Shown: positions 1 to 8,622 of the stretch, piece after piece
How positions within the stretch are numbered: position 1 is the first letter of the stretch
How the letters are laid out: each line of letters opens with the position of its first letter
Origin: Methanomethylovorans sp.
Lineage (GTDB): Archaea > Halobacteriota > Methanosarcinia > Methanosarcinales > Methanosarcinaceae
Direction of reading: 5' to 3'
DNA: 64,000 bases
Assembly: GCF_041305605.1 (NCBI RefSeq)
Contig: NZ_JBFYLB010000170.1
Coordinates: 3,542 to 67,541, forward strand
Notes under the pieces: model-generated
The model's input: the letters and a program-made list of their open reading frames with translations, nothing else
What the model was told of the DNA's origin: nothing
Database searches by the model: none
Made by a program: the position numbers and the translations under genes

Positions 1-211
1 CCACGATCCTGCCCCAGATACCATCTGCAGCGAACAGGATCACATCATCTCCGCCTATATCTATCACAGCGGCATCATCGCCAAAATCTGCGATAACATT
101 ACCATACTCATGGCGAACGCTCTCGAATATCTTAAAAATTTCAGCGATGGGTTTCTTGCGTGAAACCCCTTCGAACTCCCGCAGATTGCGGGCAAGCGTC
201 TCCAGGTCCAT
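1..211 (-). CDS. PurM-like AIR synthase-related protein, N-terminal 70 codons (gene runs off the window edge); resembles methanogenesis marker protein 2
   Basis: Own reverse translation from ATG at 211..209: MDLETLARNLREFEGVSRKKPIAEIFKIFESVRHEYGNVIADFGDDAAVIDIGGDDVILFAADGIWGRIV. The DFGDDAAVI...AADG block is the PurM/ThiL/HypE N-domain signature. It is absent from the ORF track because it is open at the edge. Confidence 0.5.
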   Translation of the reverse strand, partial: MDLETLARNLREFEGVSRKKPIAEIFKIFESVRHEYGNVIADFGDDAAVIDIGGDDVILFAADGIWGRIV

Positions 212-242
212 CCAGGCCACCGACAGGTTAAAGAGTATCTGC

Positions 243-1190
243 CTATGCTTTTTCAGACTTCTCTGCCATTTCCAGCTTTATGGTTTTACGGCGCTCTTCG
301 CTCATCTGGGAAAGATCCTTTCCGATAAGGCCGAACGCATCGGACCTGCACTGACGGCAGTGTCTCATCTGCTGCACGTAGGGTTCACATGCATCCTGCA
401 CAGCCTGCCTTTCTTCAGCTGTCGGCGGTTCCATATCTGCGAACTTGGCCTGGCAGATGAGTGGCATGATGTTCATTATATAAACGCCCATCTCGTTGAT
501 CTTCTTCGCCACTTCAACTATGTGCTTGTCATTTATACCTGGCACCATCACAGTATTGATCTTCACGACAATACCTGCATCTACAGCCATCTTAATACCT
601 GCAAGCTGGTTCCTGATAAGGATCTCAGCAGCTTCCACACCCTTGTAGATCTTACCCTTATAGACTACATGACTTATGAGCTGTGCTTCTATTGTGGGGT
701 CTATGGCATTTAGTGTTACAGTCAGCGTGTCCACACCTGTATCAATGATCTCATGCATTTTATCAGGAAGAGCAAGCCCATTGGTACTCAGACATAGAGT
801 AACATCCGGTAACTCGGCCTTTACAAGCCGGAAAGTATCAAAAGTAGCATCATTGGCCAGAGGATCTCCGGGACCTGCCACTGCAACTACCTTGATGAAT
901 GGGAATTCCTTGAGCACCTGCTTGGTCTTTTCCAGAGCTTCGAGAGGTGTCAGAACTTCACTTGTGACACCAGGGCGGCTCTCGTTCACGCAATCGAACT
1001 TCCGATCACAATAGTTGCACTGGATATTGCATGCAGGAGCTACGGGCAGGTGTATTCTGCCGAACTTGTGCTGTGCCTCTTTTGAGTAACAGGGATGTTG
1101 TGCAATGATCCTCTTCATTTCTTCCTCCCTATTGGAGACCGTTATATCACATATATTCTTTACTTCATCCGGCATACCTGTCACATCCAC
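243..1190 (-). CDS. nifB: Radical SAM FeMo-cofactor maturase NifB, short archaeal form without NifX-like domain
   Basis: 315 aa. HLPVAPACNIQCNYCDRKFDC is the NifB-type CX3CX2C motif in its usual HLPVAP context. There is a further Cys cluster, HCRQCRSDA, near the C-terminus. Confidence 0.8.
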   Translation of the reverse strand: MDVTGMPDEVKNICDITVSNREEEMKRIIAQHPCYSKEAQHKFGRIHLPVAPACNIQCNYCDRKFDCVNESRPGVTSEVLTPLEALEKTKQVLKEFPFIKVVAVAGPGDPLANDATFDTFRLVKAELPDVTLCLSTNGLALPDKMHEIIDTGVDTLTVTLNAIDPTIEAQLISHVVYKGKIYKGVEAAEILIRNQLAGIKMAVDAGIVVKINTVMVPGINDKHIVEVAKKINEMGVYIMNIMPLICQAKFADMEPPTAEERQAVQDACEPYVQQMRHCRQCRSDAFGLIGKDLSQMSEERRKTIKLEMAEKSEKA

Positions 1191-1258
1191 AGCTCCGTTC
1201 TTTAAATTGGCTCAACTATACATTTACAGGTTATATATGTTTTGGAATTTCTCCATTT

Positions 1259-1597
1259 TCAACAAATTTCGCACCACTTACCTTCTCCTTCCCATACCTT
1301 TACAGATAATGGAAAGTTCAGTTTCGAACTAAGGTTTTGGTGCATGTGTTCGCACAGGTTTTCCACACTTGGGAATTCAAGTATATCATTAAGCAACCTA
1401 TGGTCATATTCCTTGAGTACTTCCTTAACGACCTGTTTTATGTCATAGAAGTCCATCACCATACCATTTTCGTTCTTTTCTCCTTCTATGACGATCTCAA
1501 CCTTATACGTGTGACCGTGCACGATACCGCATGTTTTGTGCTGAGGTAAGTAGTGAGCACTGTCAATGTGATCTATTATTCCAAGTTTCATTTTCAT
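1259..1597 (-). CDS. queD: 6-carboxy-5,6,7,8-tetrahydropterin synthase QueD (PTPS family)
   Basis: CGIVHGHTYKVEI and the His/Glu pattern of the PTPS/QueD family. I moved the start to the ATG at 1597, which has a GGGGGTG SD 6 nt upstream and a TAATG overlap with the queE stop. The track ORF extends to 1612. Confidence 0.8.
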   Translation of the reverse strand: MKMKLGIIDHIDSAHYLPQHKTCGIVHGHTYKVEIVIEGEKNENGMVMDFYDIKQVVKEVLKEYDHRLLNDILEFPSVENLCEHMHQNLSSKLNFPLSVKVWEGEGKWCEIC

Positions 1598-2316
1598 TAT
1601 AAGCACCCCCACATCCTGTGAGTTTGTGGGACGATCAAAGTATCAATATCACCGAGCAGTTCCTTTTGTAATTCAAGCAAAGTCCTTACATCAGGCCTTA
1701 ACTCATATTGTGTTACCGGCTGCAGGACGATACATGAAATATAGTTGTTAATGGACGCGGCTACATCCAGCACAAGAGCCGGGTTTACATCTCTTGTCAT
1801 CACGATCTTACAGAAGCAATCCCTGTTCTCGGTCTTTCGGAGGATACTGAAAGTCTCAATGGTCTTTTCAATATGCGACTCCAGCTTTTCTCCCTGAAAC
1901 TCATCGGTGAGCTTCACATCACCTGAGACAAATGAAACGCAATCCCTTACCTTCCTGGCCATGTCCGGTAATGTCATGTTAGATTCCAGGTACAGGGGTA
2001 AACCCACATCTAGCTCTGTGATGAAGTCCGCATACAACAGAGGTTCACCTCCTGTAAGGGACAGGGAATGCACGTTCATGAAAGGGTCCACGAGCTCTGC
2101 TACCTGATCGGTACCCAACGGATTTCTGATGTACTGGAAAATACCTGAACCCGGATCTTCCTCATACCTGCAAGCTTCAGATATTTGCACATCCGTATCG
2201 CAGTACGAGCAATTAAGATTACATCCGGCAAATCTCAGGAATACCTGCCTGTTGCCTACATAAGGTCCCTCACCCTGCACGGAACAGAAGATCTCTGTGA
2301 TTGGTGCTTCCATCAC
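1597..2316 (-). CDS. queE: 7-carboxy-7-deazaguanine synthase QueE (radical SAM)
   Basis: N-terminal FCSVQGEGPYVGNRQVFLRFAGCNLNCSYCDT, i.e. a QGEG box plus CX3CX2C cluster typical of QueE. It sits between queD and queC. Confidence 0.85.
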   Translation of the reverse strand: MMEAPITEIFCSVQGEGPYVGNRQVFLRFAGCNLNCSYCDTDVQISEACRYEEDPGSGIFQYIRNPLGTDQVAELVDPFMNVHSLSLTGGEPLLYADFITELDVGLPLYLESNMTLPDMARKVRDCVSFVSGDVKLTDEFQGEKLESHIEKTIETFSILRKTENRDCFCKIVMTRDVNPALVLDVAASINNYISCIVLQPVTQYELRPDVRTLLELQKELLGDIDTLIVPQTHRMWGCL

Positions 2317-2870
2317 ATCACACCTAATGGCCTGGATTTACGCAGGTCCTTTTCTATGTCATGGATCTCTTCCACATACCTGCTGGATATTTCCTCCATC
2401 AGCGAGAACATATCTTGTTCGGGAACACCCTGATCACTGAGACAGCCATAAACAGCATGCTCCACATTCATACCAAAGTGTATCTTTTGGGATACTGCAG
2501 AGGTACTGGCAATAGAAATACTGAGTTTCTTGCCCTGTACAAAAAGATCATCTCCGACCCTTGAAGTTTTTATTCCCCTCTGTAACAGGGTTTCAGCCAC
2601 CATGGCTGTGAACAAGCGTTGTCTGGCATAGATGAGCTTAAGGTCAGTGGAATCAAAATGCTCGATCACGAAATGAAGCATATCGGTGGAGTAAATGGAA
2701 TCTCCTTCCTTCCTGTCCTCCAGATCTATCATGTGACGGATCTGCACATCACATGAACCACGGAAAGCAATTATGGAATCTTCCTGCAAATCGGCTGCCA
2801 TGTATCCCCACAGCGATGAGATCTGACTGCCATCGTAATCAATGTGCTTTTTAAGCACTATCCATCTCAT
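2313..2870 (-). CDS. DUF366-family protein of unknown function embedded in the preQ0 operon
   Basis: 185 aa soluble protein with a 4-nt overlap with the queE start. I recall this family (DUF366/COG2029) as an archaeal protein that rides with queC/D/E. The family assignment is from memory, not from a search. Confidence 0.6.
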   Translation of the reverse strand: MRWIVLKKHIDYDGSQISSLWGYMAADLQEDSIIAFRGSCDVQIRHMIDLEDRKEGDSIYSTDMLHFVIEHFDSTDLKLIYARQRLFTAMVAETLLQRGIKTSRVGDDLFVQGKKLSISIASTSAVSQKIHFGMNVEHAVYGCLSDQGVPEQDMFSLMEEISSRYVEEIHDIEKDLRKSRPLGVM

Positions 2871-2887
2871 ATTCTTTCCTCTGCCAT

Positions 2888-3574
2888 TTAATCATTAATA
2901 CCAAGTCTTTCCATGAGCGGGTCCTTTATGCCAGCCTGCATGAAAGCACGCTTTCTGCGGGTACAGCTTTCACATACACCGCATGGAACCTCTTTTCCGT
3001 GATAACAGCTCCAGCTCCATTCAAGGGGAGCCTTTGTTTCCAGAGCCTTACGGATGATGCCCTGCTTGTCAAGACCTGCCACCGGAGCCATCATCTTTAC
3101 GCCATTGAGGGTCGAATAACCAAGGCATTTGTCAAGACTGTCTAGATATGCAACGGAATTATCGGGAAACGTCACAGCCTCTTCACTGTTAAAACCAACA
3201 ATGACGTACTTGCACTCCAGGCTCTCTGCAAAGCTTGCAGCAATATTTATCATTACCCCATTACGGTTGGGTACCCAGACTTTCTTTGCTGAATCCAGTG
3301 TTATGGCCGGATCAGATTCCTCTGCGATATCCTGCATGGACATTTGAGGAACGTCCATATCCGTGCTCACAAGGCTGGTGGCTGTTATATCCTTAAGCCA
3401 TGTAAGAGGTATGACCTTGTGCTCGATCCCATATTTTTCAGCAACTTTCCGGGAATACTCGATCTCTCTTGCAGCAGCCCTCTGTCCGTAGTCAAATATC
3501 AAAGCCATTCTTATATCTGTCTCCCTCTGTGCTATCGCAAGGGATGTGACAGAATCCAATCCACTACTTAACAA
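2888..3574 (-). CDS. queC: 7-cyano-7-deazaguanine synthase QueC (true start probably upstream of the track TTG)
   Basis: PP-loop SSGLDS and C-terminal zinc cluster [18 protein letters not shown]. The frame stays open upstream (..[17 protein letters not shown]) and encodes the beta-1 strand that normally precedes the PP-loop, but it has no ATG/GTG/TTG. See the finding at 3572-3605. Confidence 0.85.
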   Translation of the reverse strand: MLSSGLDSVTSLAIAQRETDIRMALIFDYGQRAAAREIEYSRKVAEKYGIEHKVIPLTWLKDITATSLVSTDMDVPQMSMQDIAEESDPAITLDSAKKVWVPNRNGVMINIAASFAESLECKYVIVGFNSEEAVTFPDNSVAYLDSLDKCLGYSTLNGVKMMAPVAGLDKQGIIRKALETKAPLEWSWSCYHGKEVPCGVCESCTRRKRAFMQAGIKDPLMERLGIND

Positions 3575-3637
3575 AGCAATTGCGCTGATGATAGATCCCT
3601 CATATTCTTTAGATGCTCTTGGAGTAATACCTGGATA

Positions 3638-3647
3638 TTATTTATAC
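3638..3647 (-). promoter_or_regulatory. Candidate TATA box for the queC-DUF366-queE-queD operon
   Basis: The minus strand reads GTATAAATAA about 45-55 nt upstream of the queC N-terminal codons. Position and AT-rich context fit an archaeal promoter. Confidence 0.3.
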
Positions 3648-3724
3648 TTGATGGAGTGGGAAGGATATATTAACATGCGATTAATATAAATATCCATATA
3701 AACAATTGTTCTGGTGATCATACC

Positions 3725-4213
3725 ATGGCAACTATTATGGACAAGGATGTGCTTGTGGCCCTCCTTAGACGCATGTACTGGATCGAATCCGAGATGGAAC
3801 AGCTTGTGACATGGGAAGCACGTATTCAGTTTATGGGAGAGAACGTCGAAGCTTTAGAACAGCTCTCTCATGACTCAGACAAACATTGGAACATATTACA
3901 AAAGTGGCTCGCAAGAGCAGATATACCTGTTCCTGTGACTGTTCCAGCCGGGCTTCCGGTAAAGATCTTCAATTTTAGTGGAATGGCGCCCACAAGAGTA
4001 TTCCATGAAATAATGCAATATGAGATACTTGCACGTGATGCTTATATAGATATTTTGAATGCAGACCCAGCGGTGATCAAAGATCTGTTTCCTGATGATA
4101 TGAACAGGAAAGAGTTCATCCAGGATATAAAAGGTCTCATAAAAGATGAAGAAGAACACAGAAAAATATGCGCAAAACAGTCAGGTGGTTTCAAAATAAT
4201 CAATACCATCTGA
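3725..4213 (+). CDS. Hypothetical helical protein (no family recognised)
   Basis: 162 aa ORF. GGTGAT SD 6 nt before the ATG and a TATA-like AATATAAATA about 40 nt upstream. No motif recognised. Confidence 0.5.
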   Translation: MATIMDKDVLVALLRRMYWIESEMEQLVTWEARIQFMGENVEALEQLSHDSDKHWNILQKWLARADIPVPVTVPAGLPVKIFNFSGMAPTRVFHEIMQYEILARDAYIDILNADPAVIKDLFPDDMNRKEFIQDIKGLIKDEEEHRKICAKQSGGFKIINTI

Positions 4214-4282
4214 AAGTAAATGCTTCAATAAAGATGGCATCTATTTATTGACCCTTACACAAATCAAGAAGAAAAAAGGACC

Positions 4283-5497
4283 TCAGGGATTATTCTGAAG
4301 ATCTGCTACCTTAGGGTCTTTCATGAGTTTTTTCAGGCACACGGCCAGCCGTTTTATTCCTTCTTCTATCTGCTCGTGCTCTGAATTGGAGAAATTCAAT
4401 CTTAAAGTGTTACTACCACTGGTATCATCAGTGTAAAAAGGATTACCAGGAACAAAGGCAACATTCTCTTCTATTGCAAGCTCGAACAGGTCAAGCGATG
4501 AGACACTTTGGGGCAGTGTTACCCACACAAACATTCCACCTTCCGGTTTTGTATACCTGACACCTTCCGGAAAGTGTTCAGCCATCATACTTACCATCAG
4601 ATCCCGGCGCTCTCCATACGCATCCTTTATTTTTACAATATGTTCATCGATATCATTATCTAATAGATACTGATAGATGATCCTCTGAGAGAGATGATTA
4701 GAATGAAGATCAGCAGCCTGTTTTGCTACAAGCAGTTTTTCCATTATTTCCTTTCTGGCACATATCCATCCCATTCTAAGCCCCGGAGCAATGATCTTTG
4801 AGAAAGAGCCCATAAGGATCGTATTATCGGAATAGTTCCTGATGGCAGGAAGATCCTCTCCTGTAAATCTCAATTCACCATATGCATTGTCCTCAACACA
4901 AACAACATTATGTTTTTTGAGAATATTGGCAACATCTTTTCTCCTTTGCTTAGAGTAGGTTATTCCGGATGGATTCTGGAAAGTGGGAACAGTATAGAAT
5001 AACTTTGCACTGTTTTCACTCAATGTCCTGTCCAGCAACTCTGTGTCTACACCATCTTCAAGAAGAGGAACGGCATCAAATTCGACTTCAAAGATAGAGA
5101 ATGCCTGGATCGCCCCGAGGTAACCGGGTTTCTCAACAACGACCCTGTCACCTTTGTTCAAAAAGATCTTTCCGATAAGGTCAATGCTTTGCTGTGAGCC
5201 GTTAGTGATCAGGATCTCACCGGGATCTATCGTTAATCCGTTCTTTTTGAGATACCTTTGTGCAATGAACTCACGTAAAGGCAAATATCCTTCTGTCGTA
5301 CTGTATTGAAGAACAGTTCTTCCGTCGTCTGACAGAACCTTTGTGGAGGCTGATGCGATTTCTTCCACAGGGAAAAGACCAGGGTTAGGAAGCCCGCCGG
5401 CGAAAGATATTACTTCCGGCTGCTGGGTAACTTTCAGTATTTCCCTGATGAAGGACTTACGTGTGATCTGCATCCTGTCAGCGAAAATCGTATGCAC
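4283..5497 (-). CDS. PLP-dependent aminotransferase, class I/II fold (2-aminoadipate/aromatic aminotransferase-like)
   Basis: 404 aa. SFSKIIAPGLRMGW contains the PLP lysine in its usual SxSK context. NPSG and YxxQRR-like blocks are also present. Confidence 0.8.
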   Translation of the reverse strand: MHTIFADRMQITRKSFIREILKVTQQPEVISFAGGLPNPGLFPVEEIASASTKVLSDDGRTVLQYSTTEGYLPLREFIAQRYLKKNGLTIDPGEILITNGSQQSIDLIGKIFLNKGDRVVVEKPGYLGAIQAFSIFEVEFDAVPLLEDGVDTELLDRTLSENSAKLFYTVPTFQNPSGITYSKQRRKDVANILKKHNVVCVEDNAYGELRFTGEDLPAIRNYSDNTILMGSFSKIIAPGLRMGWICARKEIMEKLLVAKQAADLHSNHLSQRIIYQYLLDNDIDEHIVKIKDAYGERRDLMVSMMAEHFPEGVRYTKPEGGMFVWVTLPQSVSSLDLFELAIEENVAFVPGNPFYTDDTSGSNTLRLNFSNSEHEQIEEGIKRLAVCLKKLMKDPKVADLQNNP

Positions 5498-5918
5498 TAT
5501 TGAACACCTCTTTATCTTATCAACAGTTTCACTTATTAGATGAATAAATACTCTTTGAGTGATACTTTAAAAGATAGAATTTGCCCCTATTAACAGTATA
5601 TACCCTATTACTAATATATTAACCTGCTAAATAAAATAGTTATATTGCCAGGTGATTGGACGGAATGCAATCCGACCAGACATTCCGTCAACTTTTGCTC
5701 AATTTTTGTCGGTACATCTACAGATGAATACATACCTATAAAAACATATGTGTTATTTGCTACGTTTTACTAAATAAGTATGTTTAACATATACTTCAAG
5801 GATGAAAACATGAAGTTGAGCCATATATCTATTCAATACTATCTTTCGATAACTTTAGTATAATTCTTTATTCTGGCAGTGTGCTAATTACCAGACACTG
5901 TTGTTAGGGAATACCCGA

Positions 5919-6347
5919 TCAGCTCCGTCTACCATCGTTACCAGCCTTCACATTCTCAAAATAAGCCTCCGCTCTCGGCGAAAGATGATACATTGCAGTT
6001 CCATTTTCATCCGTTCTTTCAACATAAAGCGCATTCTCAAGCATATCGAGGTGGAATTTAGCCTGCATCCTGTCAAACCTGAAGTGCTCTTGTATATCTT
6101 CAATGGTCTTATCAGCTTCAGAAACGAAGGATAAGATCTTCCTTCTTACAGGGTTCTGAAGTGTTTTCAGACCAATATCATGATCTTCAGTGGGATTTCG
6201 TACTATACCCTTTTCTTTTTTTATGTTTTCTATCCACTCTTTTCTACTATCTTTTAGAGGATCATCTGACATAAGCATCAATAATAGTTGTTTAAAACAG
6301 ATGATACGTTTTTTGGTCCGATCTTTCTCACACTTACTAAATTTCAA
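5919..6347 (-). CDS. ArsR-like winged-helix transcriptional regulator (start uncertain, possibly ATG at 6278)
   Basis: LQNPVRRKILSFVSEADKTIEDIQEHF..MQAKFHLDMLENALYVE looks like an ArsR/SmtB-type HTH. The long N-terminal extension overlaps the divergent ORF. Confidence 0.55.
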   Translation of the reverse strand: MKFSKCEKDRTKKRIICFKQLLLMLMSDDPLKDSRKEWIENIKKEKGIVRNPTEDHDIGLKTLQNPVRRKILSFVSEADKTIEDIQEHFRFDRMQAKFHLDMLENALYVERTDENGTAMYHLSPRAEAYFENVKAGNDGRRS

Positions 6348-6515
6348 GAAGCACCACCACTAAAAGCTGCATCAGCAGCAGCTGTGAAAAAAAGAGAATG
6401 CAAAGTTCATCTTAATATTGAAACCGTTTTGATACCATCCGGATCACCTATAAATACTGCTTTCTCCTCATCCTTTAAAGGAGGTCTGAGCATTCATACA
6501 TTTCCTCACCCTATA

Positions 6516-7436
6516 GTGATCATAAGCAAATGCTTAGGGTTTGAACACTGCAGATATGATGGACAAATGGTTCCATATGATATTGTAAAGGATCTGCGAC
6601 CCTTTGTAGAGTTTATAACAGTATGTCCTGAATGCGAGATCGGATTGGGAGTACCGCGAGATCCTATTCGATTGGTCCATAGAGAAACAATGAGACTTGT
6701 ACAGCCATCCACCGGCCAGGACATTACAAATAGGATGCAGGTTTTTGTCAGCGATTTTCTGGATAATTTACCGGATGTTGATGGATCCATTCTCAAATCA
6801 AAGTCACCTTCATGCGGGTTCAGAACAACAAAAGTGTTCTCTTCTGCTGAAGCACAGGATCCGGTGCACAGACATGGTACTGGGTTCCTGGCAAAGGGAA
6901 TACTGGATCGGTTCGCAAACTTGACTTATGCAGATGAAGCGTCTCTTATGGACAAAAGGATAAGAGAGCATTTTCTTACAAGCCTCTTCATACAGGCCGA
7001 CCTGAGACTACACCATAGTTCAATACAGGAACTGATGGACTTCCAGACCCGCAACAAACTGCTTCTCATGGCGTACGATCAGAGGCAATTGAAAGTTTTG
7101 GGAAGGATCCTGGCTGACCACAAACACCGGTCTTTTACTGAAAATGTAACAGCTTACGTGAATACACTACAGGGAATGACCTCAGTTCCACCTTCGAGAT
7201 CTAATTTCACCAATGCGTTCATGCATGCTTTGGGATATTTTTCCCACAGGCTGGGATCAGACAAAAGGCAGTATCTGCTCGACTGCATTGAAGCATACCG
7301 CAAAGGCACTCTAACCTTATGGGAATTAAGGAAGGCCATGATTCCCTGGATCGTGGAGTTCCATGTAGATTACCTGACGGATCAAACACTATTTTACCCC
7401 TATCCTGAAAATCTCGATGTTCTGCATCCAGTGTAG
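6516..7436 (+). CDS. DUF523 (TudS/YbbK-like Fe-S) fused to DUF1722 (YbgA-like) protein; start uncertain
   Basis: IVIISKCLGFEHCRYDG...CPECEIGLG...SKSPSCG are DUF523 Cys motifs, and the C-terminal half looks DUF1722-like. The frame is open from 6288. GTG at 6516 fits the family N-terminus. An alternative is ATT at 6492, 6 nt after AAAGGAGGT. Confidence 0.7.
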   Translation: MIISKCLGFEHCRYDGQMVPYDIVKDLRPFVEFITVCPECEIGLGVPRDPIRLVHRETMRLVQPSTGQDITNRMQVFVSDFLDNLPDVDGSILKSKSPSCGFRTTKVFSSAEAQDPVHRHGTGFLAKGILDRFANLTYADEASLMDKRIREHFLTSLFIQADLRLHHSSIQELMDFQTRNKLLLMAYDQRQLKVLGRILADHKHRSFTENVTAYVNTLQGMTSVPPSRSNFTNAFMHALGYFSHRLGSDKRQYLLDCIEAYRKGTLTLWELRKAMIPWIVEFHVDYLTDQTLFYPYPENLDVLHPV

Positions 7437-7516
7437 AGGAATGTAAATATAGAACACTGACCGTCTTTAATCTATGGGAATGACAGATGTTGAGGATATG
7501 AGAAGGATGCGATAAG

Positions 7517-7756
7517 ATGAACGAAGAAGAAGCGGAAATGGAAGAGTTCATTGAGGATATTCAGCCAGACGAAGAACTCATTGAAGTATGTCCGATCTGC
7601 GGCAGCACTGAGCTATATTTTGAGGCAGGAGGAGTGGAGGGCTTGTACCACTGCAAACATTGTGGTTATATAGGCGCCTTTGTAATCGATGCAAATAAAG
7701 AGATGATGGAACTCATCCGGGAAGAGTACAATACTTCTGCCCGGGATGCAGAATAA
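7517..7756 (+). CDS. Small acidic zinc-ribbon protein
   Basis: 79 aa. CPICGS...CKHCGY forms a CxxC-x18-CxxC ribbon. Confidence 0.5.
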   Translation: MNEEEAEMEEFIEDIQPDEELIEVCPICGSTELYFEAGGVEGLYHCKHCGYIGAFVIDANKEMMELIREEYNTSARDAE

Positions 7757-7859
7757 ATAACTATATAATATAAATCTTGTCAAATAAGCAAAAATGAAAA
7801 ACAAGTTACGGCTTGTGCCATTGTGACTCAAGCCCGAAAGAAAAAGTATTGGAACAGGG

Positions 7860-8447
7860 TCATGCGGCAGGTATGCCTTCGACCTCTGTTTTCCTGATCT
7901 CTACTCTTCTGAGTGGATAAATGTTCTTTGCATTCCTGTAAATAGTAGCAGAGAGCTTGCCCATGATGGCTTCTTCCACAAACTGCTCGAAGTTAAGTTC
8001 GATTGCCCTTTCCTTCACAGTGCTGTCCATTACCTGACGGATGCCCTCGATCTGGCTGGTCCTTGCCCTCTTGACAGTGAAACAAATGGGTTTCACTCTG
8101 ACAATATAGCCATCCTTGGTAGTGACCTTAAGGTTAGTATCTATCCTGGAGGTCTGCCTCTTGACAATGGAACGCAGATAATCGGTAGTTATCTCGTGTC
8201 CGATGAAACGGGTTTGTGCAACATCCCCATTGATATCGTTGATCCTGAACTTGAGCTTAGTATTGTGCTTAGAGAAATCGTTAGTGAGGTCACCGACCGT
8301 GGCTTCCACAATGCGGCCGATAAGCTGTTCAGGTTCTTCTGCCAGAGTGGTGCCGATATTGTTCCTGCCTATGAACTCAGGTGTTTCAATGTTATACCAG
8401 GATTTTGACTTCCATTTGTCTAATTTTTTCTGTACTTTTCTTGCCAA
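7860..8447 (-). CDS. rps3ae: 30S ribosomal protein S3Ae (eS1)
   Basis: [27 protein letters not shown] is the typical S3Ae N-terminus. TTG start with a GGAGGAAT SD 4 nt upstream. Confidence 0.9.
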   Translation of the reverse strand: MARKVQKKLDKWKSKSWYNIETPEFIGRNNIGTTLAEEPEQLIGRIVEATVGDLTNDFSKHNTKLKFRINDINGDVAQTRFIGHEITTDYLRSIVKRQTSRIDTNLKVTTKDGYIVRVKPICFTVKRARTSQIEGIRQVMDSTVKERAIELNFEQFVEEAIMGKLSATIYRNAKNIYPLRRVEIRKTEVEGIPAA

Positions 8448-8591
8448 GTAATTCCTCCGATCAATGTGAATTCTTATGATAGATGATATGAATAATGTAT
8501 CTGTTCACTGTGCATTCGTTCCTTAGAACGATAACATAGAATAGATCCTGATTAGTGGCTCTGTATACTAGACATGTCCCTATATAAAGAA

Positions 8592-8613
8592 ATCGGTCAG
8601 CAGACTGACCGAT
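8592..8613 (-). terminator. Hairpin just downstream of the serS stop, followed by a T-rich tract on the minus strand
   Basis: ATCGGTCAG-CAGA-CTGACCGAT is a perfect 9-bp inverted repeat starting 10 nt after the serS stop. The minus strand then reads TTTCTTTATATA. Confidence 0.45.
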
Positions 8614-8622
8614 AAGTTAGAT

